Shown: positions 20,452 to 30,471, counted from the first letter of the stretch. The stretch: 64,000 bases of DNA from Clostridia bacterium (GCA_045586685.1 JAZNAU010000032.1:1-64000), one strand, 5' to 3'. Numbers and translations: made by a program. The notes: a model not told the origin generated them from the sequence alone.

Positions 20452-22224
20452 TTAGTTATACAGTTGGTTATAGAGATTGTTCTCCTTTATCAGTTCCGCT
20501 ATTTCCGGGTCAAGTTCCCCCCGTTCAATCTTGCTTTCGTCCATCTTGCAGCTTTTCAGGAAAAGCTGTACCGCCAACTCGTCCATATTGAGCCTTGCGT
20601 AAAGGACTGCAAGCAGATATTCCCTGTCTGCCGTTTCCGGCTGTTCAAGAAGTATGTTCACTGCCGTACCGTTATATCCCAATGACATGTAGCATATGGC
20701 GGTGTTCATGTCCCTGTACTCCAGCAGTTTCGGCATTGCTTCCTTATATTTCCTTTCATCCATCAACTTTATCGCTTCAGCATATTCAGTATCAATTACA
20801 TCGGTGTACATCACGTCTTCCACCATACCTCTGCGTGAGAGATGGAATACAAAGTCCACCGTTCTGAGCTTCGGATAATATTCCATTTTCAGTTTCTTGT
20901 AAACGGCAGGGAAAGCCACGGATATTTTCCGTTCCCGTTCATCAGGATCCTGTGTTTTTTTAATCAAGGCCAATATGTCTTCCTTCTGCTCGATATCGCT
21001 TTCAGACAGCATCTGCATCAATTTGTCCCAATTTTCAGCCTTATACTGTACCTTCACCAAATCAACGGTTTCGGCATTGCTCTGTAGTGCCGGTTCAAGA
21101 TATTTCTTGAGTGATACGGCACGTTTTTCGGCCAGTATTTTGTTCGCCTGGAACGATCCTTCCGGTGAGCATGCCGGTATGAGTACGATGGAGTCCACGA
21201 TAAATTCGTTACCCTCGTTGATTTCCTTCATTTTCCGGTAGACTTTCTCTATCTCTTCCCTGTTGTTGTGCAGTGTATCATCCACAACTGTACTTCCTGC
21301 CGGGAAGTGGATATATGCACTTGTTGTTTCAGTTACTTTTCTTTCCACCGTTTCACGGATATATCTCGGTTTCCTGTCAAGGAACTGTGTCATGGATGAA
21401 ATGAAATAGTTCAGTGTATCACCGCTACGAAGGTGGTAGGTTGCCATTCCCAAGTCTTCCACTTTCGCAGTGAAGTACAGTTTCAGTTTCCGTCTCATCT
21501 CTTCCGTCCGGAAATCCTGTTTGTAGTAATATTCCAGATTTTTCCGGTTCTTTACGATGGTATCAAGAACCCATGATCGGTTGTACCGTTCGTTACCTTC
21601 CGCCCAATGGTCAAGTTCCCTTACCAATACATCCGTGGTACTGTCATTCCTGTAGAAATATGGGTAGAAATCCTTTCTTCTTTCCACCCTCTTCTTGTTT
21701 TTATTGATTCTTCTGTTCAGTTTCCTTTCTTCATACCATTTCCTTCTTCCGTCCATATTCCGGAATTGTTCACCGGCCACCACGACGGATTTCAGTTCAT
21801 GTTTCTCTCCTTCATTGTCAAGAGTAGGATGTATTGTCACCCTCCAGTCCTTTTTAGTATATGTTTCCGGAACGCTAACCATGAAGGCGATGGTAATGTT
21901 CCCGTTCCGTTCCGGGACGGTCTTGGACTTTGCCGTTACAGTCACCTCGTCAAGCTGCGAGGTAAGCATGTATTCCCCGTTCGTGCTGTCACGCACTGAT
22001 GTCATTACGGTCTTCTCCTGTCCGTCCTTATCCTTGAATGTTATATGTTTTCCCGTTTCCACCTTGTTTTCTTCCGTCTTTTTTTCGGCGTTTGCAGGTT
22101 GTCGTACATTGACCAGTCCGCTCACCATATAGGCTTCCTCCAGTCTGCGTTGTGTAGAACATCCGGATAGGATGGAAAAGGCGATGACCGGCATCAATAT
22201 CGGTAAGGCATGTATCTTTTTCAT
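20452..22224 (-). CDS. DUF3868/OmpA-like lipoprotein of fimbrial loci
   Basis: lipobox LSGC, IHFPAGS, CSPEGS..NKILAEKRA, AENWD, YPKLR, TPR-like tail. Confidence 0.8.
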   Translation of the reverse strand: MKKIHALPILMPVIAFSILSGCSTQRRLEEAYMVSGLVNVRQPANAEKKTEENKVETGKHITFKDKDGQEKTVMTSVRDSTNGEYMLTSQLDEVTVTAKSKTVPERNGNITIAFMVSVPETYTKKDWRVTIHPTLDNEGEKHELKSVVVAGEQFRNMDGRRKWYEERKLNRRINKNKKRVERRKDFYPYFYRNDSTTDVLVRELDHWAEGNERYNRSWVLDTIVKNRKNLEYYYKQDFRTEEMRRKLKLYFTAKVEDLGMATYHLRSGDTLNYFISSMTQFLDRKPRYIRETVERKVTETTSAYIHFPAGSTVVDDTLHNNREEIEKVYRKMKEINEGNEFIVDSIVLIPACSPEGSFQANKILAEKRAVSLKKYLEPALQSNAETVDLVKVQYKAENWDKLMQMLSESDIEQKEDILALIKKTQDPDERERKISVAFPAVYKKLKMEYYPKLRTVDFVFHLSRRGMVEDVMYTDVIDTEYAEAIKLMDERKYKEAMPKLLEYRDMNTAICYMSLGYNGTAVNILLEQPETADREYLLAVLYARLNMDELAVQLFLKSCKMDESKIERGELDPEIAELIKENNLYNQLYN

Positions 22225-22472
22225 GATTCTTCCGTTTCCTCTTCAAATGAGATTGTCAGTTCCCATTTGAAATTGTTCGTATAATAGTAACTGTTCATAA
22301 TCTTGTCGAACTTGACGATAGCACCGAGTTCCTCCAGTTCGTATAGTTTCTTGGACAGGGTTACAGGGTTCACCTTCATTTCCTTGGCCAGTTGTGCCCG
22401 TCCTCCGGTCCGACCTTTCTCAATCCTTTTGTGAAGCTTGTACAGTCGCTTCATGTTGCTCATAAAATCCAT
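22221..22472 (-). CDS. small winged-HTH protein
   Basis: RTGGRAQLAKEMKVNPVTLSKKLYELEELGA...SYYY. Confidence 0.7.
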   Translation of the reverse strand: MDFMSNMKRLYKLHKRIEKGRTGGRAQLAKEMKVNPVTLSKKLYELEELGAIVKFDKIMNSYYYTNNFKWELTISFEEETEES

Positions 22473-22486
22473 ACCCTCCTTGTTTT

Positions 22487-23032
22487 TTAAAATAGATAAT
22501 TGAAGCTAACGTCAAACTTTGCGGGAAAAATTCTGAATCCACGTTCATTTCCGTAGTTCCGTGAATTGCTTTTCCATCCGCATTTGTCATAGTCCGCATA
22601 TCCGGCACCTACACCCACTTCCATTTCCACGTTTATCCTTTTGCCGAGAATCCAGCTGTAACCACCTCCGATACCGCCACCGAAACATCTGCCGTCATAA
22701 CGATATTTATGATTCATCCATCCACCTACATGAAATCTTGAAGCAATACCATAGGCAGAGATGAACCAGTTTGTATGTGGAGATAGCAACCAGTATCTTG
22801 CTCCAGGCATGACCGTCAGTTGCTGGAATCTTGAATTGTCATTGAACTTGAAAGGGTTGTATAACACCGGAAGATGTAGGGAAACTCTTTTGCCTACAAC
22901 ACAGTTTATTTCCACATTGGGCGTTGCTGTCAGCCACATTGTACCGCTTGTCCTTACACCGATGGACTGTGCAAAAGTTATTGCGGTAAAGGCTATAGAC
23001 ATTATATGAATACAAAACAATCTCTTATTCAT
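22487..23032 (-). CDS. DUF3575-like beta-barrel protein
   Basis: ATPNVE, YNPF, VMPGARYW, GYSWIL, C-terminal NYLF. Confidence 0.8.
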   Translation of the reverse strand: MNKRLFCIHIMSIAFTAITFAQSIGVRTSGTMWLTATPNVEINCVVGKRVSLHLPVLYNPFKFNDNSRFQQLTVMPGARYWLLSPHTNWFISAYGIASRFHVGGWMNHKYRYDGRCFGGGIGGGYSWILGKRINVEMEVGVGAGYADYDKCGWKSNSRNYGNERGFRIFPAKFDVSFNYLF

Positions 23033-23097
23033 AGGGCTTCACTGATTATGGGAAGAGGGGAAACGGTACATCTCCCCTCCTCTTAAAAAAAATACAA

Positions 23098-24117
23098 TTA
23101 GTTGTTGTCCGGAGTCTGGATGTCACCACCTGTCTGTTCAACCTTGATCCATGGCTTAATTGAAACTTCAGTCACGTCCAAACCTGTACCCTTCAAAGTG
23201 AAAGTATATTCGTAATTCTTACCTGCTACATATCCATCTTGAACAGCAGGGATAGGAAGAGTATAGGCTTTGCCGTCCACTGTAACTGTCACTTCAGCAT
23301 CACCTTCAGCAACTGTACCCGGATAAAGGAGCAAGCGAGGGAGCTTTGCTGCATCTTCTACATCCATCAAAGTTGCTGATGCATCCGGAGTCAAAGAAAT
23401 ACCACTTGCAGAAGTAGTACCACCAGTGATTGCACCAGTACCGATATGCAAGGTTGCTTCACCAGTCTTGATTGCTTCCTTACCTTGCTTGTTCTTCAGT
23501 ACGATTGAAGAAACCTTACCTTCACCCGGATAAAGTACTGTAACATCAGTTGTCTGCTTGAATTTGAATGATACCATTGCAAGAGCATGGTTCATATTCA
23601 AAGCTACGGTGTTTGAAGCATTTGAAATGTTGTCAACAGGGTCTGCCCACATATAATCTGTCTGATCCTGGTCTACTGTACCGTCAGACTGACCGGTACC
23701 CTGTGCATCAGCAACAGTCATAGGAATGGCAGAACCGTCTTGTGATGCATTACCAGCTGCATAAGGATAGTAAGCGTAAACCTTACCTACAGTTGATGAA
23801 AGGATAATTGCTTGTGAAGTTGCATTCCAATCACCATCAGCTTCATTATATGAAACGTTGGTTGTAGCGATGTTGCTGCTTGCATCATTGTAGGCAGTAC
23901 CGAAAGCAGTGTTACGGTAGATGTAAAGACCGAGTGCTTCACCATTTGTGAAAGATGTTGCGGTGATACCGGCACGTGACTGAATACTTTCCAAGCCTAC
24001 CGCTGTAACCTGTAATTGGTTCGGTGTACTGTTGTTTACTACATCGTCATCATTGTTACATGATGTCATTCCTACGAAAGCTGCTGCGAAAGCAGCTATT
24101 ACATAAAACTTTTTCAT
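23098..24117 (-). CDS. fimbrillin-family lipoprotein, probable major pilin
   Basis: lipobox MTSC, QSR, VYAYYPY, TDYMW, MNHALA; followed by a GC stem-loop at ~23054-23084. Confidence 0.85.
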   Translation of the reverse strand: MKKFYVIAAFAAAFVGMTSCNNDDDVVNNSTPNQLQVTAVGLESIQSRAGITATSFTNGEALGLYIYRNTAFGTAYNDASSNIATTNVSYNEADGDWNATSQAIILSSTVGKVYAYYPYAAGNASQDGSAIPMTVADAQGTGQSDGTVDQDQTDYMWADPVDNISNASNTVALNMNHALAMVSFKFKQTTDVTVLYPGEGKVSSIVLKNKQGKEAIKTGEATLHIGTGAITGGTTSASGISLTPDASATLMDVEDAAKLPRLLLYPGTVAEGDAEVTVTVDGKAYTLPIPAVQDGYVAGKNYEYTFTLKGTGLDVTEVSIKPWIKVEQTGGDIQTPDNN

Positions 24118-24163
24118 TTGATTTGAATTTTGAATTTAATGATTATAAAATTGATAAGACCTA

Positions 24164-24457
24164 TCAGGTCGTTTTGATTAAGTTGGTCACGATCCAAGTA
24201 CCTTTATATTCCTTTCGGTTATGCAGTCCTTTCTTTATATTCTTGTTGATTCGATATATTCCGAATCCGAGAACGGACGCACCTACCAACAGTGCTATGA
24301 AGAAGCCGAAGAAAGAAAGGCATATTCCGACAGATACCAGGATAGCAAAGAAAGTCCCTGCCCCCCAAAGTATGTTCTGTCCTTTCAGACCGAACATGAT
24401 AAGTGGTTTTTGCAAGCCTCTGTAGACGTTATATGACTGGTATTCTTCCGCTTCCAT
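24164..24457 (-). CDS. TraF-like (DUF4133, VirB3-like)
   Basis: YNVYRGLQKPLIMFGLKGQ plus two TM segments. Confidence 0.8.
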   Translation of the reverse strand: MEAEEYQSYNVYRGLQKPLIMFGLKGQNILWGAGTFFAILVSVGICLSFFGFFIALLVGASVLGFGIYRINKNIKKGLHNRKEYKGTWIVTNLIKTT

Positions 24458-24487
24458 TTCTCTGGTTATTGAATTGTTACCATTGGA

Positions 24488-24844
24488 TTATTCGAAGAAC
24501 AACGGCAATGCTTGAGCTGCTGCAATGAGGAATATACATGAACCGACAATCAGCATGATTGACTTCTTTACGTCCTGTTCCTCGTTGTTCATCTTGATAA
24601 ACACACTTATCGCACCACCAAGTACGACTACCCCTGCAATGGCATAGATAAGATTCTGCACCATCGGGATATAAGCCTTGATTTCGGTTGTCACCTGTGC
24701 GATTGCACCTTGTCCTGCTGCCCCGTTCTGTGCGAAAGCAACAAAGGACATCATCATAGTCAAGAGGAACATACATGCTCTTTTAGCTATACTTTTCATC
24801 CCCTTGACTGCGTTCGTTACGAACTTTCTGATTCCTGTTCTCAT
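24488..24844 (-). CDS. TraE-like pilin (DUF4134, VirB2-like)
   Basis: YAIAGVVVLGGAISVFIKMNNEEQDVKKSIMLIVGSCIFL. Confidence 0.85.
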   Translation of the reverse strand: MRTGIRKFVTNAVKGMKSIAKRACMFLLTMMMSFVAFAQNGAAGQGAIAQVTTEIKAYIPMVQNLIYAIAGVVVLGGAISVFIKMNNEEQDVKKSIMLIVGSCIFLIAAAQALPLFFE

Positions 24845-24874
24845 TTCTTTTAAATTAGTTAATATTATTGTTGA

Positions 24875-25243
24875 TTACGCCGTAGCCGGTATTATGCCTC
24901 TGAAGAAATTCTCACCTGTTTCCTCTTCAAAAATTTTCTTGAGTTCCAATGAAGAGAATCCCCCGCAATAGTTTACTTCTATTGTTTCTTTTTGATTTTC
25001 TTCTTCGTTTTCTTCAGCCGGTAGAGGATTGTCCTGTTCCTGTTCTCCACCTGCCTTATACCCGGTGAGGATTTCCGCATCTTTAGGGACATAGCTGTCC
25101 ACGGAGTCGGAAATGTCAATATCCTCCCCTCTATCTTCATTATTACTTGTCTTGCCGGACATATAAAGGTCGTATCCTATCATACCGGCGAAGTACAATG
25201 TATATACGCCCATTACCCCTGCTGCAAATTCATAAAAGCCCAT
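24875..25243 (-). CDS. membrane-anchored acidic protein, first gene of tra/pilus operon (TraD-like position)
   Basis: N-terminal TM (YTLYFAGMIGYDLY), acidic tail; ATG 8 bp from the left inverted repeat. Confidence 0.65.
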   Translation of the reverse strand: MGFYEFAAGVMGVYTLYFAGMIGYDLYMSGKTSNNEDRGEDIDISDSVDSYVPKDAEILTGYKAGGEQEQDNPLPAEENEEENQKETIEVNYCGGFSSLELKKIFEEETGENFFRGIIPATA

Positions 25244-25250
25244 ATCTTAA

Positions 25251-25285
25251 TCTTCTCATTAAACGGTCGATTTGTGAAACAATTA
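25251..25285 (+). repeat. left inverted repeat (serine-invertase crossover site)
   Basis: TCTTCTCATTAAACGGTCGATTTGTGAAACAATTA; 34/35 identical to the reverse complement of 32123-32157. Confidence 0.9.
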
Positions 25286-25329
25286 AATTGCTGGGGCTAT
25301 CTTTGCAGTCGATTTTAAGAAATTAGGAT

Positions 25330-25929
25330 ATGAAAATTGGATACGCACGAGTTAGTACAAAGGATCAAAATTTTGATTTGCAAATTTCAGCCTTAGAAAA
25401 GGCTGGATGTGAGATTATCTATAAAGAAAAAAGAAGTGCCGTAAAGGATAGACCAGAATTAGAAAGAATGATGGAGTATCTTAGAAGTGGAGATATAGTC
25501 GTCGTTTGGAAACTTGATCGTTTGGCACGTTCATTGCAACATATTTTGTTCTTAATAGAAGAGTTGAAACGAAGAGATATAAGAATAATTAGTTTGTCTG
25601 AAGGAGTTGATACGGATACTCCTACAGGAAAATTCTTTTTGTCAATTACGGGTGCTTTTGCTGAATTAGAACGTAATTTGATTGTAGAGAGGACGCAGGC
25701 AGGATTACAGGCGGCCAGAGAGAGAGGGGTGAAATTAGGACGGAGAGAAGGTATTAGTGAAGAAAGAAAGGTTATAATGGAGGCAGCTTGTAATCTTTAC
25801 AGGGATAGTGAAATGACTACACCGGATATATGTGCATCATTGGGTATGTCTTCGGCAACTCTATATCGTTACCTTAAACTTTATGGGATAGCCAAAAAAA
25901 ACAATCCGGGGAGAAGGAAAAAAAATTAA
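25330..25929 (+). CDS. serine DNA invertase/resolvase (Hin/Mpi/Fin-like)
   Basis: GYARVST catalytic Ser, VWKLDRLARS, AELERNLIVERT, C-terminal HTH SSATLYRYL; -7 element TATCTTTG at 25298-25305. Confidence 0.92.
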   Translation: MKIGYARVSTKDQNFDLQISALEKAGCEIIYKEKRSAVKDRPELERMMEYLRSGDIVVVWKLDRLARSLQHILFLIEELKRRDIRIISLSEGVDTDTPTGKFFLSITGAFAELERNLIVERTQAGLQAARERGVKLGRREGISEERKVIMEAACNLYRDSEMTTPDICASLGMSSATLYRYLKLYGIAKKNNPGRRKKN

Positions 25930-27074
25930 ACTTCTTCAAGGAATAGAATAGATGTTTGCGACATATCTTTTACAAGATTCTTAATGGTTGAATATACATA
26001 TTTCCCCTTGTGAATAACATTGCAATCAGGCTTTGCAAAGAATTCTACAAGTTGTGATATTTTTTCAAGTACAGGCAAATGGTTTTCTATTGTTATCAAA
26101 TTGCTTATTTCAGTGGCCATCTTTTCATCCATTAAAATATAGCTACCTCGGAGAAGGTCGTTTACTTGGCGTTTCTTCAGTTCTAAGCCACCTTGCATTT
26201 GGCTACTTAAAGAATATGTATTTATGATTTTAAAAACCAAGTTGTCAGGTTCACCTGCTTTACGTTTGCCTGGAGCATATTGTTTGTCATATTCAAAGTA
26301 GAAATCGGCTTTTCCGTTATGAGCCATTTCTTTCATCTCCTTTTGGGCTGGAACTATAACACGTTTAACAAAATCCTTAAATTCTGAATATGAATTTTCC
26401 AATCTTAGATACCTCCTTAATGATTCCATTTTTACAGTACAACCTCCTTCCTCTGCAAAAGCAGAAAGGTACAGACAGAATCGAGGAGTATATGCGTTAG
26501 TGGCTGATAAAATAGTATATTGTAAGAATTTGGTAAAACCGAATTCCATATTCAATAACATTGTAGCTGTTGTCTTTTTTATCTTTATGTAAACGTTATC
26601 TACACGCCCACTTTCTGGCAAGCGAACACTACATAAATTGTCAAATTCTCGCCATATTTTCTGATTTTTATCTCTTACAGGTATTTCCACCGGAATCGTT
26701 ACTAACATTTTAAGAGCTTCTTTTAATTGTCTGTATTGATTCCTATGAACTCCAAAACTATTCATTGGTATCTTTAGCAAGATGGAACTTGGATCACTTT
26801 CATCAAGAAAGTCTGAAGAAGAGAATAATGTATTTTCAGTTGAGATTTTATTATAATGGTTGTATATAGCTTCCTGTATGTTTTCTTGTAATGCACCGAT
26901 AATTCGGACAAAAATTTTTGATTGAATAAGGGTGTAATTATACCGCATAAAAGTTACAGCGGTTGGTTGAACCAACCATACCAGTTCATTTTTATCTTGA
27001 GAAGGAAGCGGAACAGGTAATGTCTGTCTTGATATTCTTCTTTTATTGCTATTATTACTGTTCAAGGAAGTCAT
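25926..27074 (-). CDS. plasmid replication initiator (Rep_3 family)
   Basis: VQPTAVTFMRYNYTLIQSKI, GFTKF, YT.R.....S, YSEFKDFVKRVIVPAQKE; adjacent iterons. Confidence 0.85.
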   Translation of the reverse strand: MTSLNSNNSNKRRISRQTLPVPLPSQDKNELVWLVQPTAVTFMRYNYTLIQSKIFVRIIGALQENIQEAIYNHYNKISTENTLFSSSDFLDESDPSSILLKIPMNSFGVHRNQYRQLKEALKMLVTIPVEIPVRDKNQKIWREFDNLCSVRLPESGRVDNVYIKIKKTTATMLLNMEFGFTKFLQYTILSATNAYTPRFCLYLSAFAEEGGCTVKMESLRRYLRLENSYSEFKDFVKRVIVPAQKEMKEMAHNGKADFYFEYDKQYAPGKRKAGEPDNLVFKIINTYSLSSQMQGGLELKKRQVNDLLRGSYILMDEKMATEISNLITIENHLPVLEKISQLVEFFAKPDCNVIHKGKYVYSTIKNLVKDMSQTSILFLEEV

Positions 27075-27477
27075 ATTTAGGCTTGAGATTGAATTCTATA
27101 TTTTTTTGCAAAGCAGATAGGTACGACAATAAAGTGTCACGTCTATACCCTCTTCCTTTTTCAATGCTGATAATTCTACTTGGTGTTATCGATGCTTTTA
27201 CTTGAATATCGAATTGTGTCATCTGACATTCTTTACGGATGGACGTTAATTCGTTTCCTAAATCTTCAAGTGTCTTTATTTCTTTATTGTTCAAAATGAA
27301 TTGATAACCTAAAGCTTGGATGTATATAAGTAAACTGATTACATTATAGTTGGAACCAGTTTCTATATTATTCAATACAACTTTTTGGAGAGGAGTTATC
27401 CCCTCAGGAAAAACAACCTTTAATTGTTTTTCATTTCGTAAATACTGTATTTTCTTTTCGATTTCCTGAAGAGTCAT
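27055..27477 (-). CDS. XRE-type HTH regulator (two HTH-like units)
   Basis: probable start MTLQEIE; LNNIETGSNY and IRKECQMTQ...ISIEKGRGY. Confidence 0.7.
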   Translation of the reverse strand: MTLQEIEKKIQYLRNEKQLKVVFPEGITPLQKVVLNNIETGSNYNVISLLIYIQALGYQFILNNKEIKTLEDLGNELTSIRKECQMTQFDIQVKASITPSRIISIEKGRGYRRDTLLSYLSALQKNIEFNLKPKYDFLEQ

Positions 27478-27495
27478 ATAGTTTATATTTTGCCA

Positions 27496-27528
27496 CAAAA
27501 ATAGCAATAATAAACGATACTACCAAAT
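27496..27528 (-). promoter_or_regulatory. family-2 promoter (copy 1)
   Basis: TTTGGTAGTATCGTTTATTA-N4-TATTTTTG: Bacteroides -33/-7 with conserved spacer. Confidence 0.75.
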
Positions 27529-27587
27529 TATAAACAAGTTATTTGCTTATGGTATAAAAGTTTATATTTGTCCGTTTTCTTTACCTT

Positions 27588-27895
27588 GTGTGTAATCTGT
27601 CCCATTTGAGTGTGTATTTTGCAGTAGGATGAAGTGTGTAATCTGTCCCATTTGTCGTACACAATCTTTGAGAGAGGGTTTGCAGATGTAAAAAAAACGA
27701 GAAAATCGACTCTTAAAATCTTTCTATAAACCCTTAATTTATCGCTATTTTGAGCCAAATTTCCTTATTTTGTAAATATAAACGAAAATAGTGTGTAATC
27801 TGTCCCATTTGCGATTTTGGAAGTGTGTAATCTGTCCCATTTGCAAAAAATGTGTGTGTAATCTGTCCCAATTAAGTGTGTAATCTGTCCCATTT
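27588..27895 (+). repeat. six 20-bp iterons GTGTGTAATCTGTCCCATTT (replication origin)
   Basis: copies at 27588, 27634, 27791, 27823, 27854 (1 mismatch), 27876; followed by an AT-rich tract. Confidence 0.9.
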
Positions 27896-28219
27896 GTAGT
27901 ATATAAATATACTGATTTTCAATAAGTTACAGAACCCTAATACTTCTTAATATATAATTAATATATATCTAATACCTTTTTTCAATTTTCATTTTCGACG
28001 ATTATAGACATAAAGCGGAGCCTTAAAACAATCTAACAATCCATGCGGCATATAAAAAACAAATGTTCTGCTTATGCAAAGATAATAAAAACAACAATAG
28101 GGAAGAAATTAAGTCTGTCATGTTTTAAAGTGTTTCTAAATGTTAAAATTCGTTTTTACTTTCCCTGCCGTATAGTTTCTTATTAGGAAAAGAAGTATAT
28201 TTGCTTGCGGAAATAAATA

Positions 28220-28258
28220 GCAAGATGTGTTTTTGTGTACACAAAAACCTTATCTTGC
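28220..28258. other. probable oriT
   Basis: perfect 20-bp palindrome GTTTTTGTGTACACAAAAAC (28229-28248) flanked by GCAAGAT/ATCTTGC, resembling the MOBP nic motif; upstream of mobC/relaxase. Confidence 0.7.
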
Positions 28259-28309
28259 CGGATAAACCGGGACAAATTATTTCGCAACTCAATAATTTTC
28301 TAATGTTAT

Positions 28310-28696
28310 ATGACGGAGAAAAAGAACAAAACCAGGCAGTTACATATAAGACTTACGGAAGAACAGGAAAAGCTTATAAAATCGAAGGCTGTTAATTATC
28401 CCACTCTATCAGGATATATATTGGATGCAGCTCTTCATTTTGATGATAAGAATGGAATACGAAAATTAGAGGTTATAGAATCTTGGGCTTCAGAATATCA
28501 AAAATGGAAAAATGACATCTCTCATTTGGCTTCCAATATCAATCAGTTGGCTCATTATTGTAACCAATGTAAAGCTAATGGTATTTTAAACAATTCCGTT
28601 GTCGAGGAAAACAATAAGTTGATGAAGGAGTGGAATAATATTTCCGGTAAGATAGTTGAATTTCAAAAATGGCTTGTTAGGTTTGCTAAAAAATAA
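28310..28696 (+). CDS. MobC/MobA-type RHH relaxosome accessory protein
   Basis: LHIRLTEEQ RHH; LASNINQLAHYCN. Confidence 0.85.
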   Translation: MTEKKNKTRQLHIRLTEEQEKLIKSKAVNYPTLSGYILDAALHFDDKNGIRKLEVIESWASEYQKWKNDISHLASNINQLAHYCNQCKANGILNNSVVEENNKLMKEWNNISGKIVEFQKWLVRFAKK

Positions 28697-28815
28697 TTTT
28701 ATATATTTATGATTATATAAGTATAGATATTTATGGATATATAGTTTTATAATTATAGAAATATATAATTATATATATTTTTAAATGTATATAGAAATAA
28801 TTATATAAGTATAAA

Positions 28816-30366
28816 ATGATTGTTCGAATTCTGAAGGGTTCAAGTTCTTTTTCTGCCGTGGGTTATAATGAAGAGCGGGTTAAGAATGGTGAAGGACAGT
28901 TGCTATGTTCCAATAATTTTGGTTCAACTGCAGATGTTCTATTTACTAAACCGTCAGATTATAAAAATTACTTAAAGGATTGGAGTAGCAGAAATAGTAG
29001 GATAAAATCACCACAGTTACATGTTACAATATCATGTAAAGACAAATCTTATAATCCTGAAGAACTTAAAGAAATTGGGATAAAGTGGTTAGAAAAAATG
29101 GGGTATGGTTCTAATCCTTATATGATTTATTTTCATTCTAACACAAAGAATAACCATATTCACATCATAACTTCAAGAATAGATGGACAGGGAAGAAAAA
29201 TCAATGATAGTTATGAAAAAGAAAGATCAGTGAGAATACTGGATAGCATTATTGGTTTGGATAGATATGATTTGCTTAGGAAGGAAATAGCTAAAGCTTT
29301 AAAATATTCGTATACATCAGAAAAACAATTTTGTCTTATTCTTGAAAGTAGAGGATTCCGTGTATTTGATAGTGGTAAGAGTCTTAAAATATTATCTGGC
29401 GGAGAAAATGTAGAAATTGATAAAGAGTTAATAAATTTCTGCATGAACAAATACAGACATGAACTTACGAAACAGGAAAAGAGTAAATTATATGCTTTGA
29501 TAAAGAAATACTCAACAATTCTTCCCAAAGATGAATTTTCTGAATTTATGAAAATGAAATTTGGACTTAATTTCATATATATGGGTAAGAAAGACAGTCC
29601 TTATGGTTATTGTATCGTTGATGACGCTAATAAGCGAGTCTATAAAGGAAGTGAAATCTGTTCTTTAAAATTATTGCTTTCCAATCTTGAACGCAATAAG
29701 GAAATCGATGTGGAAATAGAAGTGTTGCTTAAAGATTATTTTTACAGAAACAGATATGCAAATTCAAAGGAACTAAATCATATGTTAGGCAAATATAGAA
29801 TGAAATATTATGATGGGAAGATTATCAATAAATATACTAAGGAAACTAAACTGGTAATGCCAAGAGCTTTCAATGAATTTATAGCTTATAATAATAAACT
29901 GCGTTATGTTAGTAATGTATATAATCCTCAAACAAATGGTGAATATGAATATTTGAGTAAAAGATTTGTTATCAAAATAGAAGATTTAAAAAGAATTGGT
30001 TGTAAATCTTCTGTTAATGATAACTCTTATTATAAAGAATTGATTGAGGAAATATTAAAACTAAATGGAAATCTAAGAGATGAATTGAACTCTTTAGGTA
30101 TTAGTGTCAGAAAAATCGGGCAGGAATTTATTTTTATCGACGATGATAGGGATGTTGTTTACAGCAATGAAAGAATAGGTCTTAATTATTCTTTGTTAGA
30201 AGAATCGATGACTTTAGATGTGCCTGTAAGATTCTACGATAACGATGAATTTGCTACCAATAATAATGAAGAACTCATAGGTGTAATAGATTCATTGAGT
30301 GATATGATATATGTTAATACATCAATGGGTGGTGGTGATAATCCTAAAAAACGACGGAGGAGATAA
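28816..30366 (+). CDS. MOBP-type relaxase
   Basis: AVGYNE catalytic Tyr, HVTIS, YFHSNTKNNHIHIITSRI HUH motif. Confidence 0.9.
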   Translation: MIVRILKGSSSFSAVGYNEERVKNGEGQLLCSNNFGSTADVLFTKPSDYKNYLKDWSSRNSRIKSPQLHVTISCKDKSYNPEELKEIGIKWLEKMGYGSNPYMIYFHSNTKNNHIHIITSRIDGQGRKINDSYEKERSVRILDSIIGLDRYDLLRKEIAKALKYSYTSEKQFCLILESRGFRVFDSGKSLKILSGGENVEIDKELINFCMNKYRHELTKQEKSKLYALIKKYSTILPKDEFSEFMKMKFGLNFIYMGKKDSPYGYCIVDDANKRVYKGSEICSLKLLLSNLERNKEIDVEIEVLLKDYFYRNRYANSKELNHMLGKYRMKYYDGKIINKYTKETKLVMPRAFNEFIAYNNKLRYVSNVYNPQTNGEYEYLSKRFVIKIEDLKRIGCKSSVNDNSYYKELIEEILKLNGNLRDELNSLGISVRKIGQEFIFIDDDRDVVYSNERIGLNYSLLEESMTLDVPVRFYDNDEFATNNNEELIGVIDSLSDMIYVNTSMGGGDNPKKRRRR

Positions 30367-30438
30367 TTATAAATGTTTATAAATATATAGTTTTAGATTT
30401 ATATATTGATATGTTTATAGAAATTTATTTTCATTATT

Positions 30439-30471
30439 ATTTGGTAGTATTATTTATTATCCTTACATTTG
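30439..30471 (+). promoter_or_regulatory. family-2 promoter (copy 2) driving lipoprotein-traA-traB
   Basis: TTTGGTAGTATTATTTATTATCCTTACATTTG. Confidence 0.75.

Noticed and set aside
2237-24971. Numerous + strand ORFs over the tra region (and similar ones at 36-64 kb)
   Set aside because: Antisense shadows of well-supported minus-strand genes, with no motifs
27588-27895. Repeats as a CRISPR array
   Set aside because: 20-bp units with irregular gaps (2-137 bp), next to rep and an AT-rich tract, and no cas genes: these are iterons
28697-28815. ATTATA-like low-complexity tracts (also ~16921-16990, 30367-30430, 45050-45125) as an ordered array
   Set aside because: No fixed unit or period discernible; treated as AT-rich spacers
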